Shown here piece by piece: positions 17,539 through 26,769 of a stretch of DNA of 38,375 bases. The position numbers and the translations under genes were made by a program. The number at the start of each line of letters is the position of its first letter. Position 1 is the stretch's first letter. Location of the stretch: the NCBI GenBank assembly GCA_045653865.1, contig JAZOMJ010000173.1, positions 1 to 38,375 on the forward strand, in the 5' to 3' direction. Under the pieces are notes generated by a model that did not search any database, was not told the origin of the DNA, and was given only the letters and a program-made list of their open reading frames with translations. This stretch comes from Eubacteriales bacterium (GTDB lineage Bacteria; Bacillota; Clostridia; Oscillospirales; CAG-272).

Positions 17539-17540
17539 CT

Positions 17541-18119
17541 TTATGCACCAAGAGTTTCAAGCAACGTAGTTGCGCGGCGTCTGAGAAGTGCCGAATAATA
17601 AGTAACCACAATTACCTCGAGAGAACGATTGAGACGCTCGCGAGCACCTTCAACGGGCTCTACATAGTCTGCTGTAACTTGGGCAACACAGTCGGCAATT
17701 TCTTCCAAAGAGCAATCGCCTGTGCTGATGATGTGCTCGAGAATACGGCAAATATAGTCGTAAAGACGAGAATCGGAAATAATATCATCGCTGGTATCTT
17801 CCACGTCACCGTTGATGTACTCAATCAAGAAAGCAATGTGCTCAAGTTGCATGCAAGAACGCAACATATTGATGATGAGAATGTGCGCTACTTGATCCAT
17901 ATTATACTTTTTGAGTCTTGCGTTGGCAACCCAACCACGCTTTGTCCAGTTTTGCAATGTAGAACTATCAATACCGGAAATATCACGGATTTGTGTGAGC
18001 ATTACGCCCTCACTTACAAAAAATACCTTTTTGAGAAATGCAAGACCTGTCAAGTTCTCCATTTCTGCCTTTTTCAACTTTGTACCGGGGATATATTCAT
18101 CCAAAAATTGCAATTTCAT
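17541..18119 (-). CDS. DUF1836-like protein (predicted MerR-like HTH DNA-binding domain)
   Basis: The pattern MLTQIRDISGIDSSTLQNWTKRGWVANARLKKYNMDQVAHILIINMLRSCMQLEHI resembles the DUF1836 core (xxMINNYVKxxLxPPPxKKKYSxxxxAxLxxIxxLKxxLSIxxI). Assigned from memory only. Confidence 0.5.
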   Translation of the reverse strand: MKLQFLDEYIPGTKLKKAEMENLTGLAFLKKVFFVSEGVMLTQIRDISGIDSSTLQNWTKRGWVANARLKKYNMDQVAHILIINMLRSCMQLEHIAFLIEYINGDVEDTSDDIISDSRLYDYICRILEHIISTGDCSLEEIADCVAQVTADYVEPVEGARERLNRSLEVIVVTYYSALLRRRATTLLETLGA

Positions 18120-18155
18120 AGTTATCCTCCATTTAATATAATTTATCTCACCTAA

Positions 18156-18184
18156 ATTATATCACATAATCACGGGATTGTCAA
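18156..18184 (-). promoter_or_regulatory. SigmaA promoter with extended -10 for the DUF1836-like gene
   Basis: On the minus strand: TTGACA (rc 18179-18184), 17-nt spacer, TGaTATAAT (rc 18156-18164). Confidence 0.6.
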
Positions 18185-18231
18185 TTACTAAATGACGATT
18201 TTTTTGTGAATATTATATTTTTATGATACTG

Positions 18232-19971
18232 TCAATCCAAAACATCACGCGCAATGGCATCAGCATCGAGGTTGAAGCTTTGCCAAATGGGTTCATTTTG
18301 GGTTTGAATGGCAAAATGATTGTTCAGCGCCTTGATTTTTACGGTCTTGTTTTGCATCACATCCTCGCCTGCAAGAGCTTCGGAAAGCATCATACCCATG
18401 CCGCCTGCACGGATTTCTTCCTCAAGGAACAAAACGCGACAAGCTTTATGCGGCAAGAGACTTGCAACCTCTTTGGCAATTTTTTCATAGGGCTTGAGTT
18501 GCTCCAAAAGCAAAATGCCAACGGCTTTGCCCTTTTTTGCCAAACTGTTTTTGGCTTTGATGGCTTCGGCAGTGATGCGACCGTGGGAGACGATAACGGC
18601 ATCGAGTTTTTCGGCTTCATCGGCATTGTAATCAGCGCGAACGCGACCCAAAACGCGGCAAGCGGAATGATAAAACGTATTTTTTATGCTTACATCCTCA
18701 TAGCCGTTTGGATAACGAATGGCGGCAGGCTTGCCCGATGCCAAAGCTTCCTCCATTACAGAAGCAAGCGCTTCGTTTGTGATGGGTGTATAGATGCTGA
18801 CATTGGGAATTTGTGAAAGGAATGCAACGTCAAAAATGCCGTGATGAGTTGCACCGTCGGCAGCATTGAGACCTGCGCGGTCGATGCAGAAAACAACGGG
18901 CAGATTTTGCAGAGCAACATCGTGGATGATGTTGTCATACGCGCGTTGCAAAAAGCTGGAATAAATGGCAACCACGGGGCGATAGCCGTTTGCGGCAAGT
19001 CCTGCGGCAAAGGTAACTGCGTGTGGTTCGGCAATGCCAACGTCAAAGAATCGTTCGGGATGTGCCGATTGGAACGCGGAAAGACCTGTTCCCGAGGTCA
19101 TTGCGGCAGTAATGGCGCAAATGTGCTTCTCATTTTGTGCCATGTCGGTTAGAATAGCGCCCATTTCCTCGGAGAAACTGCGTCCCTCGGGGTGTGTTGC
19201 TCCGGCAGGATGCAGAGCGTGGTAGCGGTCGGGGTGTGCCTCGGCAAGAGGATACCCTTTGCCCTTTTTGGTTTGCAGATGCACAAGGCAACTTTTGCCT
19301 GCCTCTTTTGCTTCTTTGAGGAGTTCTTCAACCGCTTGCACATTGTTGCCGTCAACGGAGCCGTAGTAAGGGATACCGATGGTTTTGAAGAACGCCGCCA
19401 TATTTTGGGTGTTTGTGATCTCGTTGTCATTGAGAATCATCACAAGGCGCAAATCGGGATGGCAGTTGTTAAGGGCTTCGTGAATCATGCCACCGCTAAA
19501 GGCACCGTCGCCAAACACGCAAACGGTATAGGCATCCGAACCGCTGAGGCGATCTGCCTCGGCAAAGCCGAGAGCCGCTGAGAGTGAGGTGGAGCTATGC
19601 CCTGTTCCAAAGGCATCGTGCTCGCTCTCGTCGCGTTTAGGAAAACCGCTGATGCCTCCGCCAAGGCGTAGCGTATCGAACTGTTCACGTCGAGCGGTGA
19701 TAAGCTTGTGCGTGTAGCTTTGGTGACCGACGTCGAAAATAATATGATCTTTGGGAGAAGAAAAGACGCGATGAATGGCAAGTGTCAATTCTACTGCACC
19801 GAGGTTGGATGCGAGGTGTCCGCCGTTCTCCCCAACACGATCGAGAATACAAGAGCGGATTTCATCAGCCAAAGAAGGTAACTCTTCGGCGGGCATATTT
19901 TTGAGATCTTCGGGGGTGTTGATGCTTGCAAGATGCGGATATTGACCGCTTTTTTGGTTCTCCTGTGCCAT
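18232..19971 (-). CDS. dxs: 1-deoxy-D-xylulose-5-phosphate synthase (compact form, 579 aa)
   Basis: GGHLASNLGAVELTLAIHRVF...DVGHQSYTHKLITAR...GFPKRDESEHDAFGTGHSSTSLSAALG...FGDGAFSGGMIHEALN...ILNDNE. Start set at ATG 19971 (MAQENQ...), 7 nt downstream of AGGAG. Confidence 0.9.
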   Translation of the reverse strand: MAQENQKSGQYPHLASINTPEDLKNMPAEELPSLADEIRSCILDRVGENGGHLASNLGAVELTLAIHRVFSSPKDHIIFDVGHQSYTHKLITARREQFDTLRLGGGISGFPKRDESEHDAFGTGHSSTSLSAALGFAEADRLSGSDAYTVCVFGDGAFSGGMIHEALNNCHPDLRLVMILNDNEITNTQNMAAFFKTIGIPYYGSVDGNNVQAVEELLKEAKEAGKSCLVHLQTKKGKGYPLAEAHPDRYHALHPAGATHPEGRSFSEEMGAILTDMAQNEKHICAITAAMTSGTGLSAFQSAHPERFFDVGIAEPHAVTFAAGLAANGYRPVVAIYSSFLQRAYDNIIHDVALQNLPVVFCIDRAGLNAADGATHHGIFDVAFLSQIPNVSIYTPITNEALASVMEEALASGKPAAIRYPNGYEDVSIKNTFYHSACRVLGRVRADYNADEAEKLDAVIVSHGRITAEAIKAKNSLAKKGKAVGILLLEQLKPYEKIAKEVASLLPHKACRVLFLEEEIRAGGMGMMLSEALAGEDVMQNKTVKIKALNNHFAIQTQNEPIWQSFNLDADAIARDVLD

Positions 19972-20022
19972 TTTGCGTCTCCTTTCTGCCCTCGTGGGCG
20001 AATTTTTGTGACATACCATAAT

Positions 20023-20051
20023 AGTATACCACGAAAAAGCAAAAATGTCAA
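20023..20051 (-). promoter_or_regulatory. SigmaA promoter with extended -10 for dxs
   Basis: On the minus strand: TTGACA (rc 20046-20051), 17-nt spacer, TGgTATACT (rc 20023-20031). Confidence 0.55.
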
Positions 20052-20085
20052 GATTTTTGAAGAATGGAAAATGATTTTCAATAAA

Positions 20086-20115
20086 ACAAAAAAGGATGCC
20101 GCCAAAGCGGCATCC
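20086..20115 (-). terminator. Rho-independent terminator of the 20128..22338 gene
   Basis: On the minus strand, GGATGCCGC-TTTG-GCGGCATCC (20094-20115) is followed by TTTTTGTTTT. Confidence 0.7.
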
Positions 20116-20127
20116 AAAAAGTGTTTC

Positions 20128-22338
20128 TTAGTAGTACATATTGGTATTGGGCGGTAAGGATTTGTATTCTTCGGTGTTTCTTATAAAATCTACGATTTTG
20201 TAGTATGCGTAGCCGAATTCTTGATGAACTTCCCAGTCTGTATAATAATTCAAAAATGGTTCTCCGTCAATCTTAAAATTCACTGGTTCGCCTTCAATCG
20301 AATAGCTGAACTTGATGGTATAATAGGGCGATCCCAGAAGATCACTAATCCAGAAGTCTTCTTTGATTGCAAAAGCATTTGCATTGTAAAGCAAGCGGTA
20401 AACGTCCATCAGTTCTTGGTGCGTCAAAATCAAGGTTGTTTCACAATTTGCACCTAAATTGTAGTTGTAACCGTTTTCCAAATGTCCTGTTTGAGAGTTG
20501 TACTTGCCGTCAAAGCTCCAAGTTAAGGAGAATGCAAAATCGTTTGGCAATTCAACCGTGTCAGTTTCCCCACAAATGTAGCAGGTATATAGAATGACTT
20601 CTATGTCAGCGTCAGCTACTTGCGTAACAACACCCTCGTCGTAACTGTGGGCAATACCGCAGCTATGATGGTCTTGGTTCAGTTCGGCAAGAATATCAAG
20701 TGTAATAATGCCTCTATCGAAAGCTTCATTCAAAGTAAGGAGTTTGCCTTGGTAGTATATGAGAATTTCTCTTTCGTTTGCATAAGTAAAGGTATATGGT
20801 GTACCCCATATCTTATCGCTCCAAATAAAATCGTCACCCTCCGCAAGCATAAAGGCATAGACATCATAGGTGTTGGAACCGACGGTGTGCTGATATTTGC
20901 CGTAAATTTTTCCAATTTCAGGGAGTACTGCCCAATCGTTTTCTGCCATAACAGTAGTGGCTAAGATGTCACTTTCTGAAACATCCGGCAAAAAGTAGAT
21001 AACTTCTCGCGTCCAAGCCAAGCTATCCCACAAGTTTGCAGTTGATGCCTTATCATCGAACACCAAAGCGTTTTCCAATATGGTAAACACATGGGATTTT
21101 TCAGGATTTTCAATAGCAAGAATAACCTGACCATCCTTGACTCGGTAAGAATTGCAGTACGGCTCCTCCGCATCATCCGGATACTTCGCTTCAAAACGTC
21201 CGTTTTCGTAAAAAGTCAAAGAAATGGGCTCTGAACGGAGCGAATAAGGAAGATAATACGTGCCCATAGTTAAGTCGTTTATAACCTTGGGCGGGAGACT
21301 ATCTGCTCCCGGTGCCATATAATAAAGCCCCTTAAAAGAACCATCACCAAAAAAGGTTAGTAAATAACATATGTCATTTGTATAGCAAACCGCTACTTTC
21401 CAGCCGAGGGAACTACCTCCATCACTCTTTAACACGTAATATGTGGAACAGTTTTCAATCTCTCTTAATGTGTTGAGTGCTATGTTGGAATTGACGACTT
21501 CGCTACAAATATTTTGAGATTGATAGTTAATAGCAGGGGTTGATATGGTTTCTAACAAGCGAAATTGAATATTATTCAGATATATTTTTCCATTTTGCAC
21601 GATAATATCTATCGAATTTTCCATCAAGTTATCGCCATTAGAAGCATACAAATCGGCAACGAGTGTTGTTGTTTGTTTTCCGAGCGGAGCACCCGCCACA
21701 GGCGTTGGAACAGTCTCGTTATTAGCAGGCGGCGCATCGGCACCCGCTTTTGCGAAATGAATTCTCATAGGTGATTTTCCTGCCGGATTTAAGAAATAGT
21801 AAAATCCGTCAATGTAGTACACCGCCACTTTTTTGCCGCAAATATTATCGGTTTCTGTTTCTAACAGATAGCAGGTTTCGCAGTTTTTGATCTTTTCAAG
21901 GGTTTCCATCTGTTTCTCCTCGACACCTGCCAAAAAAGCATCTTGATATGTAATCTCAAAGTTGTCAACGATTCCTTTACACTCATACAAAGTATCGCAC
22001 AGATAGATCTCTCCATCTTTCACCTCAACATTGAGAATGTATGCGGATGAGATGGCAATCAATTGTGTAAAAGTTCCGGCATTAAAGGAAACATCCTCGG
22101 TGCCAAACGGATGCTCTCCGTCGGGGACAGGAACGACGATATCGACCTCAGGTGGAGTTGTCCCCTCGGGTGTTGTGCTCTCGGGCGTTGTCTCCTCTAG
22201 GGTCGTGCTCTCGGGCGTTGTTACATTCGGAGTGGTGGCATTGGGCGTTGTTCCATCGGTTTGATTGCCTTGCAAACAACCCGAAAGAGCCGTTAAAAGT
22301 AGGGATGCGAGCAAAAGAACGGAAAATAGTCTTTTCAT
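20128..22338 (-). CDS. Orphan 736-aa lipoprotein with Thr/Pro-rich linker, internal domain duplication and one Cys/His module
   Basis: RBS AAGGAGG. Lipobox MKRLFSVLLLASLLLTALSGC. Linker TTPNATTPNVTTPESTTLEETTPESTTPEGTTPPE. I recognise no catalytic motif. Confidence 0.7.
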   Translation of the reverse strand: MKRLFSVLLLASLLLTALSGCLQGNQTDGTTPNATTPNVTTPESTTLEETTPESTTPEGTTPPEVDIVVPVPDGEHPFGTEDVSFNAGTFTQLIAISSAYILNVEVKDGEIYLCDTLYECKGIVDNFEITYQDAFLAGVEEKQMETLEKIKNCETCYLLETETDNICGKKVAVYYIDGFYYFLNPAGKSPMRIHFAKAGADAPPANNETVPTPVAGAPLGKQTTTLVADLYASNGDNLMENSIDIIVQNGKIYLNNIQFRLLETISTPAINYQSQNICSEVVNSNIALNTLREIENCSTYYVLKSDGGSSLGWKVAVCYTNDICYLLTFFGDGSFKGLYYMAPGADSLPPKVINDLTMGTYYLPYSLRSEPISLTFYENGRFEAKYPDDAEEPYCNSYRVKDGQVILAIENPEKSHVFTILENALVFDDKASTANLWDSLAWTREVIYFLPDVSESDILATTVMAENDWAVLPEIGKIYGKYQHTVGSNTYDVYAFMLAEGDDFIWSDKIWGTPYTFTYANEREILIYYQGKLLTLNEAFDRGIITLDILAELNQDHHSCGIAHSYDEGVVTQVADADIEVILYTCYICGETDTVELPNDFAFSLTWSFDGKYNSQTGHLENGYNYNLGANCETTLILTHQELMDVYRLLYNANAFAIKEDFWISDLLGSPYYTIKFSYSIEGEPVNFKIDGEPFLNYYTDWEVHQEFGYAYYKIVDFIRNTEEYKSLPPNTNMYY
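22147..22254 (-). repeat. Low-complexity Thr/Pro-rich coding repeat
   Basis: Short imperfect direct repeats (GGCGTTGT..CTCGGG on the plus strand) encode TTPxxTTPxx units, aa 29-64 of the lipoprotein. Confidence 0.6.
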
Positions 22339-22531
22339 AGTTTACCTCCTTAAAATTTGTGTAAAAAACAAAAAAGCGCAAAGATAGGCCGTGTTAGCTC
22401 TACTCTTGCGCACTTATCGAATCATTTTGCCATCCACAAAACTTTGGGTGGCAATCAAACACGTTTTGCAAAGAGCAGAACTGTTTGGAAATCGCGTGAT
22501 TTTCAATGTCACCAAATTGTGTACCATTTGT

Positions 22532-22560
22532 ATTTTAGCATATTCTTCCCTGTTTGTCAA
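22532..22560 (-). promoter_or_regulatory. SigmaA promoter with extended -10 for the 736-aa lipoprotein gene (~187-nt leader)
   Basis: On the minus strand: TTGACA (rc 22555-22560), 17-nt spacer, TGcTAAAAT (rc 22532-22540). Confidence 0.5.
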
Positions 22561-22698
22561 TAGTTTTTTGACCAAAAGGAAAAAAATGGAAAATTATTTT
22601 TCTTTTCCTTTCAAATTGCGACAAAATATGCATGGGAAAAGTTCTATAATAATACAAAAAGGGCTCTGTGGAGCCCCCAAAAGAAAGGACTGATAAAT

Positions 22699-23241
22699 TT
22701 GCTTTGCGAAAAATGCAAAAAAAGGACGGCTACCGTCTTTTACAATGAAAATCTCAACGGAAAGGTGCGATCCTACTCCCTTTGCGGTGAATGTGCCGCA
22801 AAACTGCACGAAAAAGGTGATATTGGAGATATCACTTCGATGCTTGGCAGCTTTGCCGATCCCTTTTGTGATCTTCACGAAAACCTCTTTGGCGGCTTTT
22901 TTGGAATGGGCACGCAACCCTCGATGGGTGGCAAAAAGTGTCCCGATTGTTCTTCTACCTTTGCGCGCATACGTGGGAGCGGTCGCGTAGGTTGCCCCAC
23001 CTGCTATCGCATCTTTGCAGAGGAGCTTGCTCCAACACTCCATACCGTTCACGGAGCGACGACACACACGGGTGCTGTTCCTGCACGCCACCGAGCAAGA
23101 CGTGCCAAAGCGGAAAAACTTAAGCTACTCAAGCACCAAATGCAAGAGGCGATTGCAAAAGAAAACTTTGAAGCCGCTGCCTCCTTGCGCGACGAAATGA
23201 AAAGTTTGGAAGAATCCACCAAAAAGGAGTGTGATGCATAA
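22699..23241 (+). CDS. mcsA: Protein-arginine kinase activator McsA (UVR-domain zinc-finger protein)
   Basis: MLCEKCKKRTATVFYNENLNGKVRSYSLCGECA, a second CxxC pair CPDCSS...CPTCY, and a C-terminal UVR-like motif ENFEAAASLRDEMKSL. TTG start. The stop overlaps the mcsB ATG (TAATG). Confidence 0.8.
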   Translation: MLCEKCKKRTATVFYNENLNGKVRSYSLCGECAAKLHEKGDIGDITSMLGSFADPFCDLHENLFGGFFGMGTQPSMGGKKCPDCSSTFARIRGSGRVGCPTCYRIFAEELAPTLHTVHGATTHTGAVPARHRARRAKAEKLKLLKHQMQEAIAKENFEAAASLRDEMKSLEESTKKECDA

Positions 23242-24269
23242 TGGCATGGTATAACACAACAGGTCCCCTCTCTGATACCGTTATCAGCTCGCGCGTGCGA
23301 CTTGCAAGAAACATCAAAGGCTACCCCTTCCCCTCTCGTCTTGATGCGAACGGAGCAAATGAAATTATTGAAAAGATTGCCACTCCCTTGGAGAGCGCAG
23401 GTTTTCGACGCATCAATTTTTCGGATATTTCCCCCATAATGGCAACCTCTTATGTGGAGCGCCACTACGTCAGCCCCGAATTTGCCACTATGGAGACGCC
23501 CCACACGCTCCTTTTGCAGGAGTCAAGCGGTATTGCCATTATGCTTTGCGAAGAGGATCACTTACGCATTCAATCCATTCTTTCGGGGCTATCCCTTGAA
23601 GAATGCTACAAAAACGCATCCTCTATTGAAAAGAAGCTGGATGCCGATTTTGATTTCGCTTACAGCGACAGTCTTGGGTACCTGACACACTGCCCCACCA
23701 ATCTTGGCACGGGCATGCGTGCCTCGGTAATGATGTTTTTGCCTGCCCTCTCGCGTGGCGGTTATATTCCGTCGCTTGCTTCGCAACTGACAAAGCTGGG
23801 GCTTGCTATGCGTGGGCTCTTTGGCGAAGGCAGTGGCGGTGTGGGATGTATGTATCAAATCTCCAATCAGATCACACTTGGCGTGAGCGAGAGTGAAATT
23901 CTTGCAAAGCTCACCGAGGCGGTCAAGCAAATCAGCGATAGCGAGTTGCAAGCCCGAAAGAACATTCAAGAAGATGCTCTCGACGCCCTAGCGGATAGAG
24001 TTGGGCGCAGTGTGGGCATACTAAAGCATGCATATATGATTGGCACCGAGGAGTTTATCAAGCTTTTTTGCGAGGTGCGTTTGGGGATTTCCAAGGGTCT
24101 TGCCGCAGGTATCACCTACGAGCAACTCGGCACACTTTTGGTAGAGGCAATGCCTGCCACACTCACGCTCTCCTCGGAGAGCACCCCAAAAGGTGAGGTT
24201 GCACGCGATAAACTCCGTGCCTCTCGCATTCAAACCGTACTCGAGGGCAATTCCCAACAGAAAGGATAA
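23241..24269 (+). CDS. mcsB: Protein arginine kinase McsB (ATP:guanido phosphotransferase)
   Basis: SSRVRLARNIKGYPF...EEDHLRIQ...LTHCPTNLGTGMRASVMMFLPAL is the phosphagen-kinase signature. Confidence 0.9.
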   Translation: MAWYNTTGPLSDTVISSRVRLARNIKGYPFPSRLDANGANEIIEKIATPLESAGFRRINFSDISPIMATSYVERHYVSPEFATMETPHTLLLQESSGIAIMLCEEDHLRIQSILSGLSLEECYKNASSIEKKLDADFDFAYSDSLGYLTHCPTNLGTGMRASVMMFLPALSRGGYIPSLASQLTKLGLAMRGLFGEGSGGVGCMYQISNQITLGVSESEILAKLTEAVKQISDSELQARKNIQEDALDALADRVGRSVGILKHAYMIGTEEFIKLFCEVRLGISKGLAAGITYEQLGTLLVEAMPATLTLSSESTPKGEVARDKLRASRIQTVLEGNSQQKG

Positions 24270-24272
24270 CAA

Positions 24273-26723
24273 ATGAAGAACAGATTTACGCAAAAAGCAC
24301 AGAATGCACTTAATTTTTCGCTTGGGAGTGCCTCGCAGATGGGTCACACCTACATTGGCTCGGAGCATCTTTTGCTTGGTCTTTGCCGTGAAGAAAGCGG
24401 TGTTGCCGCACACTATTTGCAAAGCCGCGGTGTGGATGCCGAAAAGGTGAAAAATGCCATTATTCGCTTGGCGGGTGCGGGGGTTCCGTCGGATGTTTCT
24501 GCCACCGATATGACACCGCGCACCAAAAGCATTATTCAAGCATCCCTTAGAGAGGCGCAAAATAGCGGTCAAGAATTGATTGGAACCGAGCACCTTTTAC
24601 TTGCTATTTTGCATGAGCAGGATTCTGTTGCCGTGCGTATTTTGGAAAGTTTAAACCTTGCAACAAATGATCTTTTAAACGATTTAAACGCTTATGTCGG
24701 TGCATCCCCCAATGCAGAGGGTACGATTTCTTCAAAAAGCAAAAAAATGGAAAGAAAACAAAATAGCATTCTCGGATCTACACAAACGCTCAAAAACTAT
24801 GGTCGCGATCTTTGTGAGTCGGCGGCAATGGGAAAGATCGATCCCGTAATCGGTCGCGATAGCGAAACCGAACGGCTCATTCAAATACTTTCCCGTCGGC
24901 AAAAGAACAATCCTTGCCTGATTGGTGAGCCGGGGGTTGGCAAAACCGCAGTTGTAGAGGGGCTTGCAGGCCGCATAGTGGCGAATGACGTTCCCGAAAA
25001 TCTGCTCGACAAAACCGTTGTCACGCTTGATATCGCCTCGATGATTGCGGGTGCAAAATACCGTGGCGAATTTGAAGAACGCTTCAAAAACGTGATGGAA
25101 GAAGTTCGCAAAAATCCGAATATCATCCTCTTCATCGATGAAATTCACACCATCATCGGTGCAGGTGCTGCCGAGGGTGCGGTGGATGCCGCAAACATCA
25201 TCAAACCCGCTCTTGCACGCGGTGAGTTGCAGGTCATTGGGGCTACCACCATAGCAGAATACCGCCGCCACATTGAAAAAGATGCGGCGCTTGAGAGACG
25301 TTTTCAATCGGTAACCGTGGGAGAACCCTCTCGCGAGGATGCATTGGAAATTTTGATGGGTCTGCGTGAAAAATACGAAGCACACCACAAGCTCAAAATT
25401 TCGGATGAAGCACTCGCTGCAGCGGTGGAACTCTCGGTACGCTACATTCCAGACCGCTATCTACCGGACAAAGCCATTGATCTTGTTGACGAGGCCGCAT
25501 CGCGCTTGCGCATTCGCGCGCACACGTCGCCCGATGGCATCAAAGAAAAAGAAGAAGCGGCAAAACGTATTTCTACGGAAAAAGAAGCGGCAATTTTGGC
25601 ACAAGAATTTGAACGCGCCGCCGCTCTGCGCGACAAAGAACAAACGCTGAAAAAGGAAATTGAGGATGAAAAACTGCATTGGCGATCTTCGCAAGATGCA
25701 ATACAACTTTGCGTCAAAAAAGAAGATATTGCAGAGGTAGTGACACAATGGACGGGGATTCCCGTGCACAGTCTTTTAGAGGAAGAAAGCGAAAAGCTGG
25801 CACATTTAGATGAAGCACTCAAAGCGCGTGTCATTGGTCAAGATAATGCCATAGAGTCACTTACAAAAGCCATTCAGCGTGGCAGAATTGGGCTCAAAGA
25901 TCCTCGCCGCCCCATTGGTTCGTTCATTTTTATGGGGCCTACGGGAATTGGCAAGACCGAGCTTGCGCGCGCGCTTGCCGAGGTGATGTTTGGCAGTGAG
26001 GGGGCGATGATTCGCTTGGATATGTCGGAATATATGGAAAAACACAGCGTTTCCAAGCTTATCGGTTCCCCTCCCGGGTACGTTGGATTTGATGATGGCG
26101 GACAACTGACCGAAAAAATTCGTCGCAAGCCCTATTCGGTGGTGCTTTTTGATGAGATTGAAAAGGCACACCCCGACGTGTTCAACATTCTTTTGCAAGT
26201 GCTTGAGGATGGACACTTGACCGACTCGCAAGGGAGAAAAGTGGATTTCAAAAACACAGTCATCATTCTCACCTCAAACGTGGGAGCAGGCGAAAATGCA
26301 ACGGCAAAAACGCTCGGATTTGTTTCGGGAATGCAGAACAAAGAGGATGATGAGCGTCGCGAGCGAATGATGCGCGCATTACGTTCCACATTCCGCCCCG
26401 AGTTCCTCAACCGCGTGGATGAGGTAATCGTTTTCAACAGTCTTTCACGCGAGGATATTGCCGAAATTGCGCGCCTGATGCTTGGCGACGTGAGCGAGCG
26501 TTGCAAAAATATTGGCATTTCCCTGTCGTTCTCGCCTGCGGTGGCAGAACTGCTTGCCGAAAAAGGATTTGACCAAAGTTATGGAGCGCGCCCCTTACGC
26601 CGCACCGTTATGCGATTGGTAGAAGATACGCTTTCGACAGACCTGTTGGAAGGAAAATTCAAAGCAGGTGACAGTGTGGAAGCGGATGTAGCGGATGGGG
26701 AGATTGTGTTTGAGAAGAAATAG
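24273..26723 (+). CDS. clpC: ATP-dependent Clp protease ATP-binding subunit ClpC
   Basis: Clp N-domain repeats ([10 protein letters not shown] / [10 protein letters not shown]). Two Walker A motifs ([16 protein letters not shown]). UVR-like middle domain [10 protein letters not shown]. ClpP-docking loop LGF. Confidence 0.92.
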   Translation: MKNRFTQKAQNALNFSLGSASQMGHTYIGSEHLLLGLCREESGVAAHYLQSRGVDAEKVKNAIIRLAGAGVPSDVSATDMTPRTKSIIQASLREAQNSGQELIGTEHLLLAILHEQDSVAVRILESLNLATNDLLNDLNAYVGASPNAEGTISSKSKKMERKQNSILGSTQTLKNYGRDLCESAAMGKIDPVIGRDSETERLIQILSRRQKNNPCLIGEPGVGKTAVVEGLAGRIVANDVPENLLDKTVVTLDIASMIAGAKYRGEFEERFKNVMEEVRKNPNIILFIDEIHTIIGAGAAEGAVDAANIIKPALARGELQVIGATTIAEYRRHIEKDAALERRFQSVTVGEPSREDALEILMGLREKYEAHHKLKISDEALAAAVELSVRYIPDRYLPDKAIDLVDEAASRLRIRAHTSPDGIKEKEEAAKRISTEKEAAILAQEFERAAALRDKEQTLKKEIEDEKLHWRSSQDAIQLCVKKEDIAEVVTQWTGIPVHSLLEEESEKLAHLDEALKARVIGQDNAIESLTKAIQRGRIGLKDPRRPIGSFIFMGPTGIGKTELARALAEVMFGSEGAMIRLDMSEYMEKHSVSKLIGSPPGYVGFDDGGQLTEKIRRKPYSVVLFDEIEKAHPDVFNILLQVLEDGHLTDSQGRKVDFKNTVIILTSNVGAGENATAKTLGFVSGMQNKEDDERRERMMRALRSTFRPEFLNRVDEVIVFNSLSREDIAEIARLMLGDVSERCKNIGISLSFSPAVAELLAEKGFDQSYGARPLRRTVMRLVEDTLSTDLLEGKFKAGDSVEADVADGEIVFEKK

Positions 26724-26733
26724 GAATTAGAAA

Positions 26734-26760
26734 AGCGAGCCGCAAAATTTGCGGCTCGCT
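26734..26760. terminator. Terminator hairpin between convergent clpC and collagen/LRR gene
   Basis: 10-bp perfect stem AGCGAGCCGC (26734-26743) / GCGGCTCGCT (26751-26760), with AAAA upstream. The T-run downstream is modest. Confidence 0.55.
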
Positions 26761-26769
26761 GATGTTGTT

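Noticed and set aside
22554-22574. TTGTCAA-N7-TTGACCA imperfect inverted repeat, considered as a CtsR operator
   Set aside because: The CtsR box is a tandem direct heptad repeat, and only one GGTCAAA half-site is present here. The TTGTCAA part is better explained as the -35 (TTGACA) of the minus-strand lipoprotein promoter.
22391-22693. Track ORF of 100 aa upstream of mcsA, considered as a divergent or degenerate CtsR
   Set aside because: It has no similarity to the CtsR N-terminal HTH (MxNxSDIIExYLK...). It also overlaps the divergent lipoprotein promoter and leader, and it has no RBS.
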